From NCBI GenBank assembly GCA_050302075.1, contig JBNLAH010000005.1:1-64000 (forward strand): 64,000 nucleotides of DNA, in the 5' to 3' direction. The notes beneath the pieces are model-generated. The model saw nothing but the letters and a program-made list of their open reading frames with translations. It was not told where the DNA came from and searched no databases. Position numbers and translations under genes: made by a program. Each line of letters opens with the position of its first letter. Within the stretch, counting starts at the first letter, position 1. The DNA comes from Parachlamydiales bacterium (lineage in GTDB: Bacteria > Chlamydiota > Chlamydiia > Chlamydiales > SM23-39). Below are positions 9,193-19,299 of the stretch, in pieces.

Positions 9193-9864
9193 TTATTTCT
9201 CAAAAATTTTAAATTCAGCTCTTCTATTCATTGACAAATCTTGAGGAGTAGATCCAAATGAGACAAGTTTTTCTTTGCCACATGAAACTGTTATTATCCT
9301 AGATGGGTCAACTTTTTGTTTTGCGAGTAAAACTCTAATATGATTTGCCCTTCTAGCTCCTAGTGCCATATTATAATCTGCAGAAGCTCTTTGGTCGCAA
9401 TGCCCCTCAATTAAAAGGAATGCATTCGTATGTTTTTTTAGATAGTTTGCAATTCTAGCTATCGAAATTAAATCATATCTCTCCCTAACTACATGATCAT
9501 CTGTATCAAAATGAATTGTACGAAAAGTGTCTGCAAGTTTAGAGTTAGGCTTTATAAAATTTGCCTTTCTAGGGAGGATAGCAGGAGTTAGCTTTTGTTG
9601 AGGGACGGCCTTATCTGTTGAAGTAAATTGAGTTTTTAAATCGGAGTCCTGGAGGGGGATATATTCATCTTGTTCCGGTCCTATAAAATCATCGTCACAT
9701 GTTAAAAGATATGAATCAGTATTTTTCCCGCAAAGAGAGTTAATGCCTTTTTGGACATATCTGCCAGCGGTTTTTACATTTTCCCACTGGGCGGTATTTC
9801 TTTGACATCCGCTAAATAATAAACAAATTACAATAGCAATTAAGCCTTTCATGATTATCCTCAT
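9193..9864 (-). CDS. pal: Peptidoglycan-associated lipoprotein (OmpA-like domain)
   Basis: Lipobox FSGC; IEGHCDQRASADYNMALGARRA and NRRAEF; directly follows tolB. Confidence 0.9.
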   Translation of the reverse strand: MRIIMKGLIAIVICLLFSGCQRNTAQWENVKTAGRYVQKGINSLCGKNTDSYLLTCDDDFIGPEQDEYIPLQDSDLKTQFTSTDKAVPQQKLTPAILPRKANFIKPNSKLADTFRTIHFDTDDHVVRERYDLISIARIANYLKKHTNAFLLIEGHCDQRASADYNMALGARRANHIRVLLAKQKVDPSRIITVSCGKEKLVSFGSTPQDLSMNRRAEFKIFEK

Positions 9865-11147
9865 TTTTTTAATTTAGGCTCCCATGAAGGAAACCTTTTT
9901 TGGCCAGCCCCAAATGTGATTTGGACTGGGTTAGGATGATTCAAATTAATAATATACAGTTCGGAGTAAATTCCGTCTTCAGTATTATATATTAAATGTA
10001 AACTATTAGGAGCCCACCTAGGGTTTTCCTTGTTTTCTGGACTAAAAGTCAGTTGTTTTTCCTCATCAGTTTCTAAATTATATATCCAAAGTTGTTTTAC
10101 GCCATTTGTCAATGCAGAATATGCGATTTTTTTACCATCATATGACCAGCTAGGGGAAGAGTTTTGTCGGTTATGTTTGGAAATTAAAGTAGCATTGGGT
10201 CTTTGGACTATTCCTTGGTAAGGGATGTCAATTACATAAATTCTGGGAGATCCATCTTTATCTGAGAGAAAAGCTAGCTTTGATCCATCAGGACTGAAAG
10301 ATGATGTTGCCTGAGTTGCTCTTGGAGACGAAAAAAGCTGCAAGGGCTTTCCAATTGGTTCTCCTAATGGAGTATATTTCTGTAAAAACAAATCGGGCCT
10401 TCCATCCGCATCACATACAAAAGCTACCATTTTACAATCATGTGAAACAGAGGGTAAAAGTTGATTGCCTGGTAGTGTGAATAACTGCTTCCCAATCGGA
10501 TTATTAAAAGAAGCCCTAAATATCTTGGGCTGTCCTTTTCTGTAAGAGACATAAAGAAAGTTCTGATATCCTTCTATATTTTTGAGTGGAATAAAAGTAG
10601 GGCTTACGTTGTAGTGTTCTCCAAAAGTTATTTGTCTTGCATTTTGACCGTCATAATCAGATGTCCAAATTTCTGAAAACCAGTCGTTTAAATTTTTAGA
10701 ACTTTTTTTTCTTACAGAATATAAAATTGTTGTTGTAGCAATACCTTGAACTCCAAATGCCTTTTTCAAGATGCTATCAGAAAGCTTATGAATTTTCTTT
10801 CTGTCTATATCAATCGATCCACTTAAATATATGGGTTCGAATCTGTAGGTTTTATTTAGCTTCTTGTCTTTTAGGCTGCATAAAAATTTATTTTTTTCAG
10901 AAAGAATTTTAATATCATAATTTGAAGATTTCTCGCTTGTTAAATAAGTATAGCCATTATTACTAAAATCAAACTCCAATACTTTTTTCAATTCTTTGAA
11001 GTGTCTTGAATTATGAGGTTCCTCATTATTGTGAACCTCTATGATTCGGACTTTTTCAAGTCCTGATTTTGTTTTTAATGCAATAGAGATCTCTTCAGTT
11101 GAAAAGAGAACTAATGGAAAAAATAATATAATTCTAAAAAAAATCAT
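9861..11147 (-). CDS. tolB: Tol-Pal beta-propeller protein
   Basis: PD40-type repeats (FSPDGSKLAF, PSWSYDGKKIAY, PRWAPNS); operon context. Confidence 0.9.
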   Translation of the reverse strand: MIFFRIILFFPLVLFSTEEISIALKTKSGLEKVRIIEVHNNEEPHNSRHFKELKKVLEFDFSNNGYTYLTSEKSSNYDIKILSEKNKFLCSLKDKKLNKTYRFEPIYLSGSIDIDRKKIHKLSDSILKKAFGVQGIATTTILYSVRKKSSKNLNDWFSEIWTSDYDGQNARQITFGEHYNVSPTFIPLKNIEGYQNFLYVSYRKGQPKIFRASFNNPIGKQLFTLPGNQLLPSVSHDCKMVAFVCDADGRPDLFLQKYTPLGEPIGKPLQLFSSPRATQATSSFSPDGSKLAFLSDKDGSPRIYVIDIPYQGIVQRPNATLISKHNRQNSSPSWSYDGKKIAYSALTNGVKQLWIYNLETDEEKQLTFSPENKENPRWAPNSLHLIYNTEDGIYSELYIINLNHPNPVQITFGAGQKRFPSWEPKLKK

Positions 11148-11842
11148 TCTAGATTGCTGAAATTAATGATAAGGGTTTTCGCTTCTTTGCTACAATTAAA
11201 ACATGGATATGCAAGGCTATGCAATTGATTTTTTAAGTATTGGATGTTTTCATTACTTTCCGATTGCAGGACTTCTAGTTTTTTTAACTTTCCATCAGGG
11301 CTAATTGAGACCTTTATTTTGGCATTTCCAAAAGATGGCAGTTCTAGTTTTTCTTGCAGATAATTTATAAGAAGGCTCTCATAATTATCAATTACTGATA
11401 CATTTTCTTGTGAGTTTGTTTGAATTTTTAGTTTATCTATTTTTTGAGGGACAGGTAAAGAAGAGGTATTTTTTTTCGATATATCTTTGTCAGACTCAAA
11501 GCTTTTAAAGCACTTTTCTAGCTCTTTCGCAAAGTTATTCTGAATCTTTACTAGTTTTCTTTCTTGCAAAGGCTTTGCTATTTTAGGCTGTTTTTTGCGG
11601 GGGGAGAGGATTTCAGGTTTTAACTTTAATTTTTTTTGTAAAGAAGGCTTCTCATGTTTATTTCTTATTATTGTTGTATGAACTTTGATTTTGTTTTTTT
11701 TTATCTTCGGAACCTTAGGGATACAAAGAATACTGAAAACAAGTAGGTGAGCTATAAATACACCTAAAACTATTTTTAGTGGTTTTGGTCTTAAAAAAAA
11801 ATTATTTCTCATAGGGTGCAAGAGCAATTTCCATTTCTTCAA
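11144..11842 (-). CDS. TolA/TonB-like membrane-anchored protein
   Basis: Single TM helix, Lys/Pro-rich linker, TonB-C-like end (KIKVSISPDGKL); lies between tolR and tolB. Confidence 0.7.
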   Translation of the reverse strand: MKKWKLLLHPMRNNFFLRPKPLKIVLGVFIAHLLVFSILCIPKVPKIKKNKIKVHTTIIRNKHEKPSLQKKLKLKPEILSPRKKQPKIAKPLQERKLVKIQNNFAKELEKCFKSFESDKDISKKNTSSLPVPQKIDKLKIQTNSQENVSVIDNYESLLINYLQEKLELPSFGNAKIKVSISPDGKLKKLEVLQSESNENIQYLKNQLHSLAYPCFNCSKEAKTLIINFSNLE

Positions 11843-12227
11843 AACCGGTCATCTCAAGTAAGTTTTTAATTTTTTGATAGGTTCCAAAACTTGCCTTTTC
11901 ATCATGAAAAACGATAGGACTTTTTTTTGAAACAAGATTTTTATGAGCTATTTTTTTTAGTTCCAATAAAGAAATTGATTTATTGTCGACCCAAATTGAG
12001 TTATCACTTTTAACATAGACCTTAAAGTGACTAGAGGTTTTACTTTGGTTTTTGTTAGAGATCCCTGAAGTTGCTAAAGTTATGTTCTCTACCTCTAGCA
12101 TAGGGGAAATGATCATAAAAGAAATCAATACAACAAAGACAACATCGATTAGGGGAGTTAAGTTAATCATTCCTTCTGATGTGTCTTGGAAACTATGGTT
12201 AGAAAGAGGTTTTTTTTTGTATCTCAT
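11802..12227 (-). CDS. tolR: TolR/ExbD family protein
   Basis: Signature INLTPLIDVVFVVLISFMI. Confidence 0.9.
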   Translation of the reverse strand: MRYKKKPLSNHSFQDTSEGMINLTPLIDVVFVVLISFMIISPMLEVENITLATSGISNKNQSKTSSHFKVYVKSDNSIWVDNKSISLLELKKIAHKNLVSKKSPIVFHDEKASFGTYQKIKNLLEMTGFEEMEIALAPYEK

Positions 12228-12232
12228 TACAT

Positions 12233-12946
12233 TTAAGAAATTTCTACCTTTCTATACTGCATTTCCAATATTGCCAATAATTTTTGTGAAAAACTTTCCA
12301 TTTCCTTTAAATAGTCCCTAAGATTGTTTTTTAAAAAACTATGAGCAATAAGAGCTGGTATTGCAACAATAAGCCCTACTACCGTAGTTCCAAGGGCCAT
12401 TGAAAGACCTGATAGTAAGTTAGCATTTCCAATTGTTTGTAAAGACATGTTAGAAAATGTCACCAAGATACCCCAGACTGTTCCTAATAAGCCAAGAAAT
12501 GGAGCTAGTGTTACAATGATCGATAGTATAAAAAGATTTTTTTCAAAAAAGTGAACTTCTTTTGAAATTTTTGCATTTATTTGCGCTTCAATAAGCTGAA
12601 GGTCGGATTCGGATAAAAAATTAGATTTATTATCTTTTTCTTGTTGTTTTAGAAAAAACTGGTTTTTATTGAGACTTTCAATAGAGGTTTCCTTTAAAAC
12701 ATTAAAAATTCTAGTAAAAGAACTGCTTCGATGTTTTTCATGTATATTATGAGAAAAATCTAAAAGCTGATATTTATGTTTATCAACTAGTTCTTCAAAT
12801 TCGAAACTTAATTTTTTGGAGTTCTTGATGAGAATTGTTTTATAAATTAAAACCACCCAAGAAATAATAGAAAGCCCATATAAAGATAGAAAAATCAATT
12901 TTCCAAATTTATCTGAATGTTGGAAAGATTCAATAAAAGGATTCAT
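12233..12946 (-). CDS. tolQ: TolQ/ExbB (MotA-family) proton channel
   Basis: Motifs APFLGLLGTVWGI and ALGTTVVGLIVAIPA. Confidence 0.9.
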   Translation of the reverse strand: MNPFIESFQHSDKFGKLIFLSLYGLSIISWVVLIYKTILIKNSKKLSFEFEELVDKHKYQLLDFSHNIHEKHRSSSFTRIFNVLKETSIESLNKNQFFLKQQEKDNKSNFLSESDLQLIEAQINAKISKEVHFFEKNLFILSIIVTLAPFLGLLGTVWGILVTFSNMSLQTIGNANLLSGLSMALGTTVVGLIVAIPALIAHSFLKNNLRDYLKEMESFSQKLLAILEMQYRKVEIS

Positions 12947-12982
12947 AGAGCAAAAAAATAACTTTGATAATTGTTAAAATTG

Positions 12983-13012
12983 ATTGTAGAGTTCTATAAT
13001 TCTTTTAGTCAA
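12983..13012 (-). promoter_or_regulatory. Putative sigma70/sigma66 promoter for the tol-pal operon
   Basis: Minus strand reads TTGACT-N18-TACAAT about 35 bp upstream of tolQ. It overlaps a + strand TATAAT (12995-13000) upstream of tatD. Confidence 0.4.
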
Positions 13013-13047
13013 CTTGATATACAAACTAAACTTAAATAAAGCTTTTT

Positions 13048-13839
13048 ATGAACTTAAAATTATTTGATTCTCATGCGCATTTGTCAATTAATGAAGTTTA
13101 TCAAGACATTGATGAAATTTTACTAAGAGCACAAAAAGAAAACGTCAATGCCATAATGAATATTTGTATTGATCAAAAAAGTTTAAGCAACGCAAAAGAA
13201 CTTAGTAAAAGATATCCATGGGTATACCAAGCAGGAGCCACAACACCTCATGATGTGGACCGCTTGGGTGCTGAAGATTTTGAAGTTTTTAAAGAAGCTG
13301 CTGAGCTAGGCTTTTTCAAAGCTATTGGTGAGACAGGGCTAGACTATTATTATCAGCACTCATCAAAACAAAATCAGAGAAAATATCTAATTAAATATTT
13401 ACATCTTGCAGATAGTTTGAATTTACCTGTCATTTTTCACTGTCGGGATGCCTTTAGTGATCTTTTTAAGATTGTAGATGATGAATATCCAAAAGATAAA
13501 AAAGCAGTTTTACACTGCTTTACTGGAAGTATCGATGAAGCTGAAGAAGTAATTAAAAGAGGATGGTTCTTATCTTTAAGTGGAATCGTTAGCTTTAAAA
13601 GGTCAAATGATCTTAGAAAAGTAGCTTCTTTTGTTCCAATCGATCAGTTACTAATTGAGACTGATACACCGTATTTAGCTCCTCAGTCTAAAAGAGGAAA
13701 GCAAAATGAACCTAGTTTTATCAAAGAAACAGCCCAAGTAATCGCTGATCAGAAACAGATATCGATAGAAAAGCTTTCTATCAAAACTTATGAAAATGCA
13801 TGTAAATGTTTCAATCTTCACCAATCTACAAAGAAATAA
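13048..13839 (+). CDS. tatD: TatD-family nuclease
   Basis: Motifs FDSHAHL, AIGETGLDY, FHCRDA, VLHCFTG and ETDTPYLAP. Confidence 0.95.
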   Translation: MNLKLFDSHAHLSINEVYQDIDEILLRAQKENVNAIMNICIDQKSLSNAKELSKRYPWVYQAGATTPHDVDRLGAEDFEVFKEAAELGFFKAIGETGLDYYYQHSSKQNQRKYLIKYLHLADSLNLPVIFHCRDAFSDLFKIVDDEYPKDKKAVLHCFTGSIDEAEEVIKRGWFLSLSGIVSFKRSNDLRKVASFVPIDQLLIETDTPYLAPQSKRGKQNEPSFIKETAQVIADQKQISIEKLSIKTYENACKCFNLHQSTKK

Positions 13840-14653
13840 TGTCCCAAGTAAAGTATTCATCGGGACAACTTCCTACTTTAATGTTTAAGTTACATGCTGG
13901 ACTATAGTTTGCGACATGATGAGTATGCCCTGATAATACTGTTAAGGACTTATCTGGGTTTTTAGCCATAAAAGTTGTTAAGAAATCTCCCAAGTAACCA
14001 TGGGCAAAAAAAGGAGCCCAGTTTTCATCTGCAACTATATTGTTATAAAGGCAGACTTCTCTGAATGGAGGGACATGAGTAAGCAGGATAGCTTTGGAGA
14101 AATCAGCAAAAATGTTAGTTAGTTTTTTACTTAATTGATCCACAAGTTTATGTGAATAATTCTGTATAAATGAAAAAATTTTTTCTTTGCTTAAGTTAGA
14201 AAAAGTTAGTATTTCATTAAAATCTTTAGGGGTTACTGTAGATGCGAAAAAATCTCCTTTGCTAAGATCATACCAGTTGTCAATTCCGATTATTGCAGTG
14301 CAATCAGATAGAGGTATATGGTCATAAGAATTTAGATAAAAAATATTAGAGTCATTTATAAAGGTTAAATGAACCTCAGTTTGAAACTCATCAATTCTAA
14401 ATCCATAAAAATCGTGATTTCCAAGTACAAAGTATATAGGTATATTCGTCGTTTTAGATAATTTTTTTATAAAACTTATTGATTTTCCATTCTCTCCAAT
14501 ATCGCCTGTAATGCAGATTCCATCAGATTCAACTAAAGATATTTTCTTTAAAAAATCATCAAGAGCACTATTTGATTTAAAATCAATATGTAAATCTGTT
14601 AACCATAACATAATAACTGAATAATAATTAATAACTTCATTTTCATGAAGCAT
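13826..14653 (-). CDS. Calcineurin-like metallophosphoesterase
   Basis: Motifs TDLH, TGDI, LGNHD, THVPP and SGHTH. The true start may be the internal MLWLTDLH. Confidence 0.85.
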   Translation of the reverse strand: MLHENEVINYYSVIMLWLTDLHIDFKSNSALDDFLKKISLVESDGICITGDIGENGKSISFIKKLSKTTNIPIYFVLGNHDFYGFRIDEFQTEVHLTFINDSNIFYLNSYDHIPLSDCTAIIGIDNWYDLSKGDFFASTVTPKDFNEILTFSNLSKEKIFSFIQNYSHKLVDQLSKKLTNIFADFSKAILLTHVPPFREVCLYNNIVADENWAPFFAHGYLGDFLTTFMAKNPDKSLTVLSGHTHHVANYSPACNLNIKVGSCPDEYFTWDIISL

Positions 14654-14725
14654 TTGTATTTTGCAAAAATAATTTTTTAGCAGTTAAATTAGAAAAAAAT
14701 AGTGTTATAGCTTTGAGGTTTTGAT

Positions 14726-15706
14726 GTGAGCGCAAATGGAAATGTTATAGTTCCAAAAGCATTTGTCTGGAGGAGACTTCATTCATTATTTGGTTTAATG
14801 ATTGTTTTTTATTTAGTTGAACATTTGACGGTTAACTCGCAGGCGGCATTATGGCTTGGTGATGACGGCCGTGGTTTTATTAAGCTGGTCAATTTGATTC
14901 ATAATCTGCCTTTCTTGCAGGTCTTAGAAGTTGTATTAATCGGAGTCCCAATATTATTTCATGGAGTATTAGGCATAAAATATGCAGTTACAAGCAGAAA
15001 TAATTCAAGTGGTTTAAAGAAAAACAAGCCCGTACTTTCTTACGGTAGAAATGTTGCATTCAGTTGGCAGCGTATTACATCCTGGGTTTTAATAATTGGC
15101 ATTATAGGGCATGTAGTTCAGATGAGATTTTTGGACAGCCCTAAGAAGACTGTCTTAAACAATGAAAAACAATATCTCGTTAAACTTAACTTTGATGAGG
15201 GACTTTATTCATTATCTGATCGCTTAAGCGTTGAGCTATTCGATAGAGAAAAAATAAATTTTTTGAGTAGTGATTTCAAAGATGTTGAAAAAGCAAGCAG
15301 GTGGGCATCTGCTTCAGCTATTTCATATTCTCCAGAAGATGAAAAAAAAATTTCTGAAATGCAAAGTCTAAATCAAGAAAAATTATTTATTATAGAACTA
15401 AACACATACAAGCTTAATCAGACCCAAGTTGTTGCTGTGTCTAAAAATGCTGGTACGGCATTTTTATTAATGGTTAGGAACACTTTTAAAAGTCCTTTTT
15501 GGGCCATACTGTACACTCTTTTTGTAATAGCTGCCGTTTTCCATGGATTTAATGGACTTTGGACGGCTTTGATTACTTGGGGGGTTATTTTATCATATCG
15601 CTCTCAGAAAATGATGGTGAACTTTGTAATTTTGATGATGCTTGCTTTAGGTTTTCTGGGCCTGGCATCAATTTGGGGAACTTATTTTATTAACTTAAGA
15701 TCTTAA
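14726..15706 (+). CDS. sdhC: Succinate dehydrogenase cytochrome b558 subunit
   Basis: RRLHSLFG, LVEHL, LFHG, WQRIT and FHGFNGLW His motifs; upstream of sdhA. Confidence 0.9.
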   Translation: MSANGNVIVPKAFVWRRLHSLFGLMIVFYLVEHLTVNSQAALWLGDDGRGFIKLVNLIHNLPFLQVLEVVLIGVPILFHGVLGIKYAVTSRNNSSGLKKNKPVLSYGRNVAFSWQRITSWVLIIGIIGHVVQMRFLDSPKKTVLNNEKQYLVKLNFDEGLYSLSDRLSVELFDREKINFLSSDFKDVEKASRWASASAISYSPEDEKKISEMQSLNQEKLFIIELNTYKLNQTQVVAVSKNAGTAFLLMVRNTFKSPFWAILYTLFVIAAVFHGFNGLWTALITWGVILSYRSQKMMVNFVILMMLALGFLGLASIWGTYFINLRS

Positions 15707-15714
15707 AGGGTTAA

Positions 15715-17610
15715 ATGTCTAAAAAACGTATACCAACTGTAATTGTAGTAGGAGGGGGCTTGGCGGGGCTTTCTGCTGTTATTAAACTTTGTGAAAATGG
15801 CTGCAAAGTTAAACTCGTTTCTTTAACAAATGCACGAAGATCTCACTCAGTTTGTGCGCAAGGTGGAATCAATATAGCCATTAACTTAAAAAATGAAGAT
15901 GATTCACCAATTATCCATGCCTATGACACAATAAAAGGAGGTGATTTTTTGGCAAACCAACCTCCAATTCTTGAGATGTGCATGGCAGGTCCAGCTATAT
16001 TACGAATGCTTGACCGCTTTGGATGTCCTTTCAACCGTACAGACGAAGGCAATATTGATTTTAGGCGCTTTGGTGGGACTTTATATCATCGTACAGCTTT
16101 TTGTGGAGCTACAACCGGTCAACAGCTTATGTATTCTTTAGATGAGCAAGCAAGAAGATATGAAGTAAAAGGTCTTTTGGAAAGATATGAGAATCATGAG
16201 TTTTTAAGACTTGTCAAGGATTCTGATGAAAGAGCTAGAGGTATCGTGTTACATAACTTATTTGATTTAAAACTTCAAACCTTAAAAGCTGATTCAGTTG
16301 TGATAGCAACCGGGGGTCCCGGTGTTTTATTTAAGTGGTCAACAAACTCTACATTCTGTACTGGTGCTGCCAACGGACGTTTGTATATGCAAGGAATGAA
16401 ATATGCAAATGGTGAGTTTATACAGATTCACCCAACTTCAATTCCTGGGTTAGACAAAATGCGTTTAATATCTGAATCTTCAAGGGGTGAAGGTGGCAGG
16501 GTTTGGGTATATGGAAATTCTAGCAAAAAGATTAGGTTTCCGGACGGCTCTATGCGCACTTGTGGAGTTACAGGAGAGCCATGGTATTTTCTAGAGGAGA
16601 TGTATCCAGCTTTTGGTAACCTTGTTCCAAGAGATATTGGAGCTAGGGAAGTCTTAAATGTTTGTAATCAAGGTCTGGGGGTAGATGGGAAATCTCAAGT
16701 TTTTTTAGACGTATCTCACCTTTCTAAAGAAAAGCAATACAAGCTAGATGCTGTTTTAGATATTTATCAGAAGTTTACAGGAGTTGACCCAAGAAAGATG
16801 CCCATGAAAATTTTTCCGGCAGTACACTATTCTATGGGAGGGGCGTGGGTCGATTGGCCAGCTGCTGATGACTCAGATCGCATGCAAAGATTTAGGCAAA
16901 TGACAAACCTACCTGGTTGCTTCAATATTGGTGAATCAGATTATCAGTTTCATGGTGCAAATCGTTTAGGTGCAAATTCACTGCTTTCTTGTATTTTTAG
17001 TGGTCTTGTAGCGGGTGAGGAAGTTACAAGATATTGTGAGGGCCTGGATAAAACTTATGAAGACATCCAAGAAAGCGTTTTTTCAGAAAGCTTTGCAAAA
17101 GAACAAAAGTTACAAGACGGCTTGCTTAATAAAAGGGGTAAGGAAAATATTCATGCACTCCATGATGAGTTAGCAGGATGGATGGTTAAAAATGTTACTG
17201 TTAATAGAAATAATAAGGATTTGGCGCTAACTTTAGATAAAATTAAAGAGATAAAAGAGAGGTACGAGAATATAGAACTTAGTGATCACTCAAAGATTTT
17301 AAACCAAACTTATGTTTTTGCTCATCAATTTAAAGCCATGCTAGAGCTTGCCTTGATAATCACTAAAGGTGCACTGCTTCGAAATGAGTTTAGAGGGGCT
17401 CATTTCAAAAGTGAATTTCCTGAAAGAGATGATAAAAACTGGCTTAAGACAACAATTGCAACGTATGATGAAGCTAAAGATGAGCCAGTTATTTCTTATG
17501 AACCGGTTGACTTAAGACATCTTGCCCCTGTATTAAGAGATTATACACAGGCTAAAAAGGTAAAGCCTGAATTGAAGAATGTCCCAAACAACATAAAATT
17601 GCCGTTATGA
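15715..17610 (+). CDS. sdhA: Succinate dehydrogenase flavoprotein subunit
   Basis: GGGLAG, RSHSVCAQGGIN (covalent FAD His), QIHPT, HYSMGG and HGANRLGANSL. Confidence 0.97.
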   Translation: MSKKRIPTVIVVGGGLAGLSAVIKLCENGCKVKLVSLTNARRSHSVCAQGGINIAINLKNEDDSPIIHAYDTIKGGDFLANQPPILEMCMAGPAILRMLDRFGCPFNRTDEGNIDFRRFGGTLYHRTAFCGATTGQQLMYSLDEQARRYEVKGLLERYENHEFLRLVKDSDERARGIVLHNLFDLKLQTLKADSVVIATGGPGVLFKWSTNSTFCTGAANGRLYMQGMKYANGEFIQIHPTSIPGLDKMRLISESSRGEGGRVWVYGNSSKKIRFPDGSMRTCGVTGEPWYFLEEMYPAFGNLVPRDIGAREVLNVCNQGLGVDGKSQVFLDVSHLSKEKQYKLDAVLDIYQKFTGVDPRKMPMKIFPAVHYSMGGAWVDWPAADDSDRMQRFRQMTNLPGCFNIGESDYQFHGANRLGANSLLSCIFSGLVAGEEVTRYCEGLDKTYEDIQESVFSESFAKEQKLQDGLLNKRGKENIHALHDELAGWMVKNVTVNRNNKDLALTLDKIKEIKERYENIELSDHSKILNQTYVFAHQFKAMLELALIITKGALLRNEFRGAHFKSEFPERDDKNWLKTTIATYDEAKDEPVISYEPVDLRHLAPVLRDYTQAKKVKPELKNVPNNIKLPL

Positions 17611-18383
17611 ATATAGATGAAGCAAAAACATACACTTTAAAAATCTTTAGAGGAGTACCTGGAAATCAATATTATGAGGAATTTGAGCTTCCAAGGCAAA
17701 GTAATGCTAATGTAATATCTGCTCTAATGGATATCCAAAAAAATCCAATAAATAAACAGGGATGTAAAACAACCCCAGTTGTCTGGGAACAAGGATGTTT
17801 AGAAGAAGTATGCGGATCTTGTTCAATGCTAGTCAATGGCATCCCAAGACAGTCGTGCACTGCTTTAATTGAGCCTTATATTAAAAAGACTAAAAGTACT
17901 ACTATTACACTGGCTCCATTTACAAAATTTCCCTTAATCAGAGATCTTTATGTTGACCGAACAAGAATGTTTGACTCTTTAAAAAAAGTTAAAGCGTGGA
18001 TCGAAGTTGATGGAACTTATGATATTGGGATGGCCCCTAAAATGAGTCCAGCTGTACAAGAAGCACTTTATGTGCTGTCTACATGCATGACATGTGGGTG
18101 TTGTTCTGAGTCTTGCCCACAAACTAACAATAAATCTAAATTTATTGGTCCTGCCGCTATTTCACAGGCTAGGCTTTTTAACTCAAATCCAACAGGAAAA
18201 TTTACTAAGTCTAAAAGACTTAGACCTTTGCTTGAAGATGGTGGAATTGCGGATTGTGGTAACGCTCAAAACTGTGTTAAAGTCTGCCCAAAGGGAATTC
18301 CCCTGACAGAATCAATTTCGCTGATCGGGAGGGAGGCGACAAAACAAGCTTTGAAAGATGTTTTTAGTCTTCCCGATAAATAA
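17607..18383 (+). CDS. sdhB: Succinate dehydrogenase iron-sulfur subunit
   Basis: Cys clusters CLEEVCGSC, CMTCGCCSESCP and CGNAQNCVKVCP. Confidence 0.97.
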   Translation: MNIDEAKTYTLKIFRGVPGNQYYEEFELPRQSNANVISALMDIQKNPINKQGCKTTPVVWEQGCLEEVCGSCSMLVNGIPRQSCTALIEPYIKKTKSTTITLAPFTKFPLIRDLYVDRTRMFDSLKKVKAWIEVDGTYDIGMAPKMSPAVQEALYVLSTCMTCGCCSESCPQTNNKSKFIGPAAISQARLFNSNPTGKFTKSKRLRPLLEDGGIADCGNAQNCVKVCPKGIPLTESISLIGREATKQALKDVFSLPDK

Positions 18384-18429
18384 TCTTTATTTTTAATTTT
18401 AGAAATTGTTAAAATAACATTAAGAAATA

Positions 18430-18607
18430 ATCCTGCTGTTTTGGATAAGCTGCGGTATTTTGGCCCTTCAGCGTATTATTTATAAGGGAGCTACGACGCC
18501 TTAAGCTGTGATTTTGAATGTGCGTTTAAAAGAGCATCTTTTGGGAAGTGGCACCACCTGGTTAAACAGGTTGATAGAGCAAATCGCATGCCCCTTAACA
18601 GCGGGAT
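18430..18607 (+). ncRNA. ssrS: 6S RNA
   Basis: About 178-nt rod. Closing stem ATCCTGCTGTT/AACAGCGGGAT, inner stem TGCGGT/ATCGCA, GGGAGCTAC/GTGGCACC next to a central bubble, 3'-bubble hairpin ACCTG-GTTAAA-CAGGT. TAAAAT lies upstream and a T-run downstream. Confidence 0.8.
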
Positions 18608-19299
18608 ATTTTTTTTGTCGACTTTCTGTGTTCTTTTTCAAGATCTAATTCATCTAATTTAACTTCTTTTGATATGAAATGCTTGCTTAGAGTATCTTCT
18701 AATGCTTTTATGAGTAGTTTTTTACTCTCAAAGTGGTGTCTTATGCTTGTTAAGAAATCAAGGTGATTTCTTTGCTTTCTATAATTTGGGATTTTCGGAG
18801 GAAGCAAAAGACAGTTCATATTTTCAGGTTCAAAATCCCATAAAAATGTTGTATGATGAACACATCTATTTTTTTTAATATATTGGGCATTTCCTCCAAA
18901 CTTTTTGTCCTTAATTACGTAATCATTTTCTTTTAGTGCAAAGCCATCAATATTAAAAACATCTTTGTAGATTTTTTCAGCCCACTTATGAATAGCTTCA
19001 GGGAAAAGATGATCATTAACAACTTCTTTATTAATGATGAACGAGACAAAAACTGTATTAGAGTCAACAAATACTGTTCCACCACCACTATAGCGCTGAA
19101 TTAATGGGATGTTGTTCTTTTGAGCCTTTTTATGATCGACGAATTTTTCTACACTGGATGATATTCCTAAGACTATGGCATTAGGCGATCCATCATTTAT
19201 TATACAAAAATTTCTATCATCTGTTCTTAAAAGAGCTTCTTCAATCAGTAATTGCTCGTAGATGTTTAAATTATTGAATTTGAGGAGATAAAGTTTCAT
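18595..19299 (-). CDS. lplA: Lipoate-protein ligase A family protein
   Basis: Motifs EEALLR, RYSGGGTVFVD, NDYVIKDKKFGGNAQ and HHTTFLWD. Confidence 0.85.
   Translation of the reverse strand: MKLYLLKFNNLNIYEQLLIEEALLRTDDRNFCIINDGSPNAIVLGISSSVEKFVDHKKAQKNNIPLIQRYSGGGTVFVDSNTVFVSFIINKEVVNDHLFPEAIHKWAEKIYKDVFNIDGFALKENDYVIKDKKFGGNAQYIKKNRCVHHTTFLWDFEPENMNCLLLPPKIPNYRKQRNHLDFLTSIRHHFESKKLLIKALEDTLSKHFISKEVKLDELDLEKEHRKSTKKISRC

Noticed and set aside
13048..14653. TatD plus metallophosphoesterase as an anti-phage defence system
   Set aside because: The TatD looks like the housekeeping type in its usual context, the two genes are convergent, and no other defence genes are nearby.
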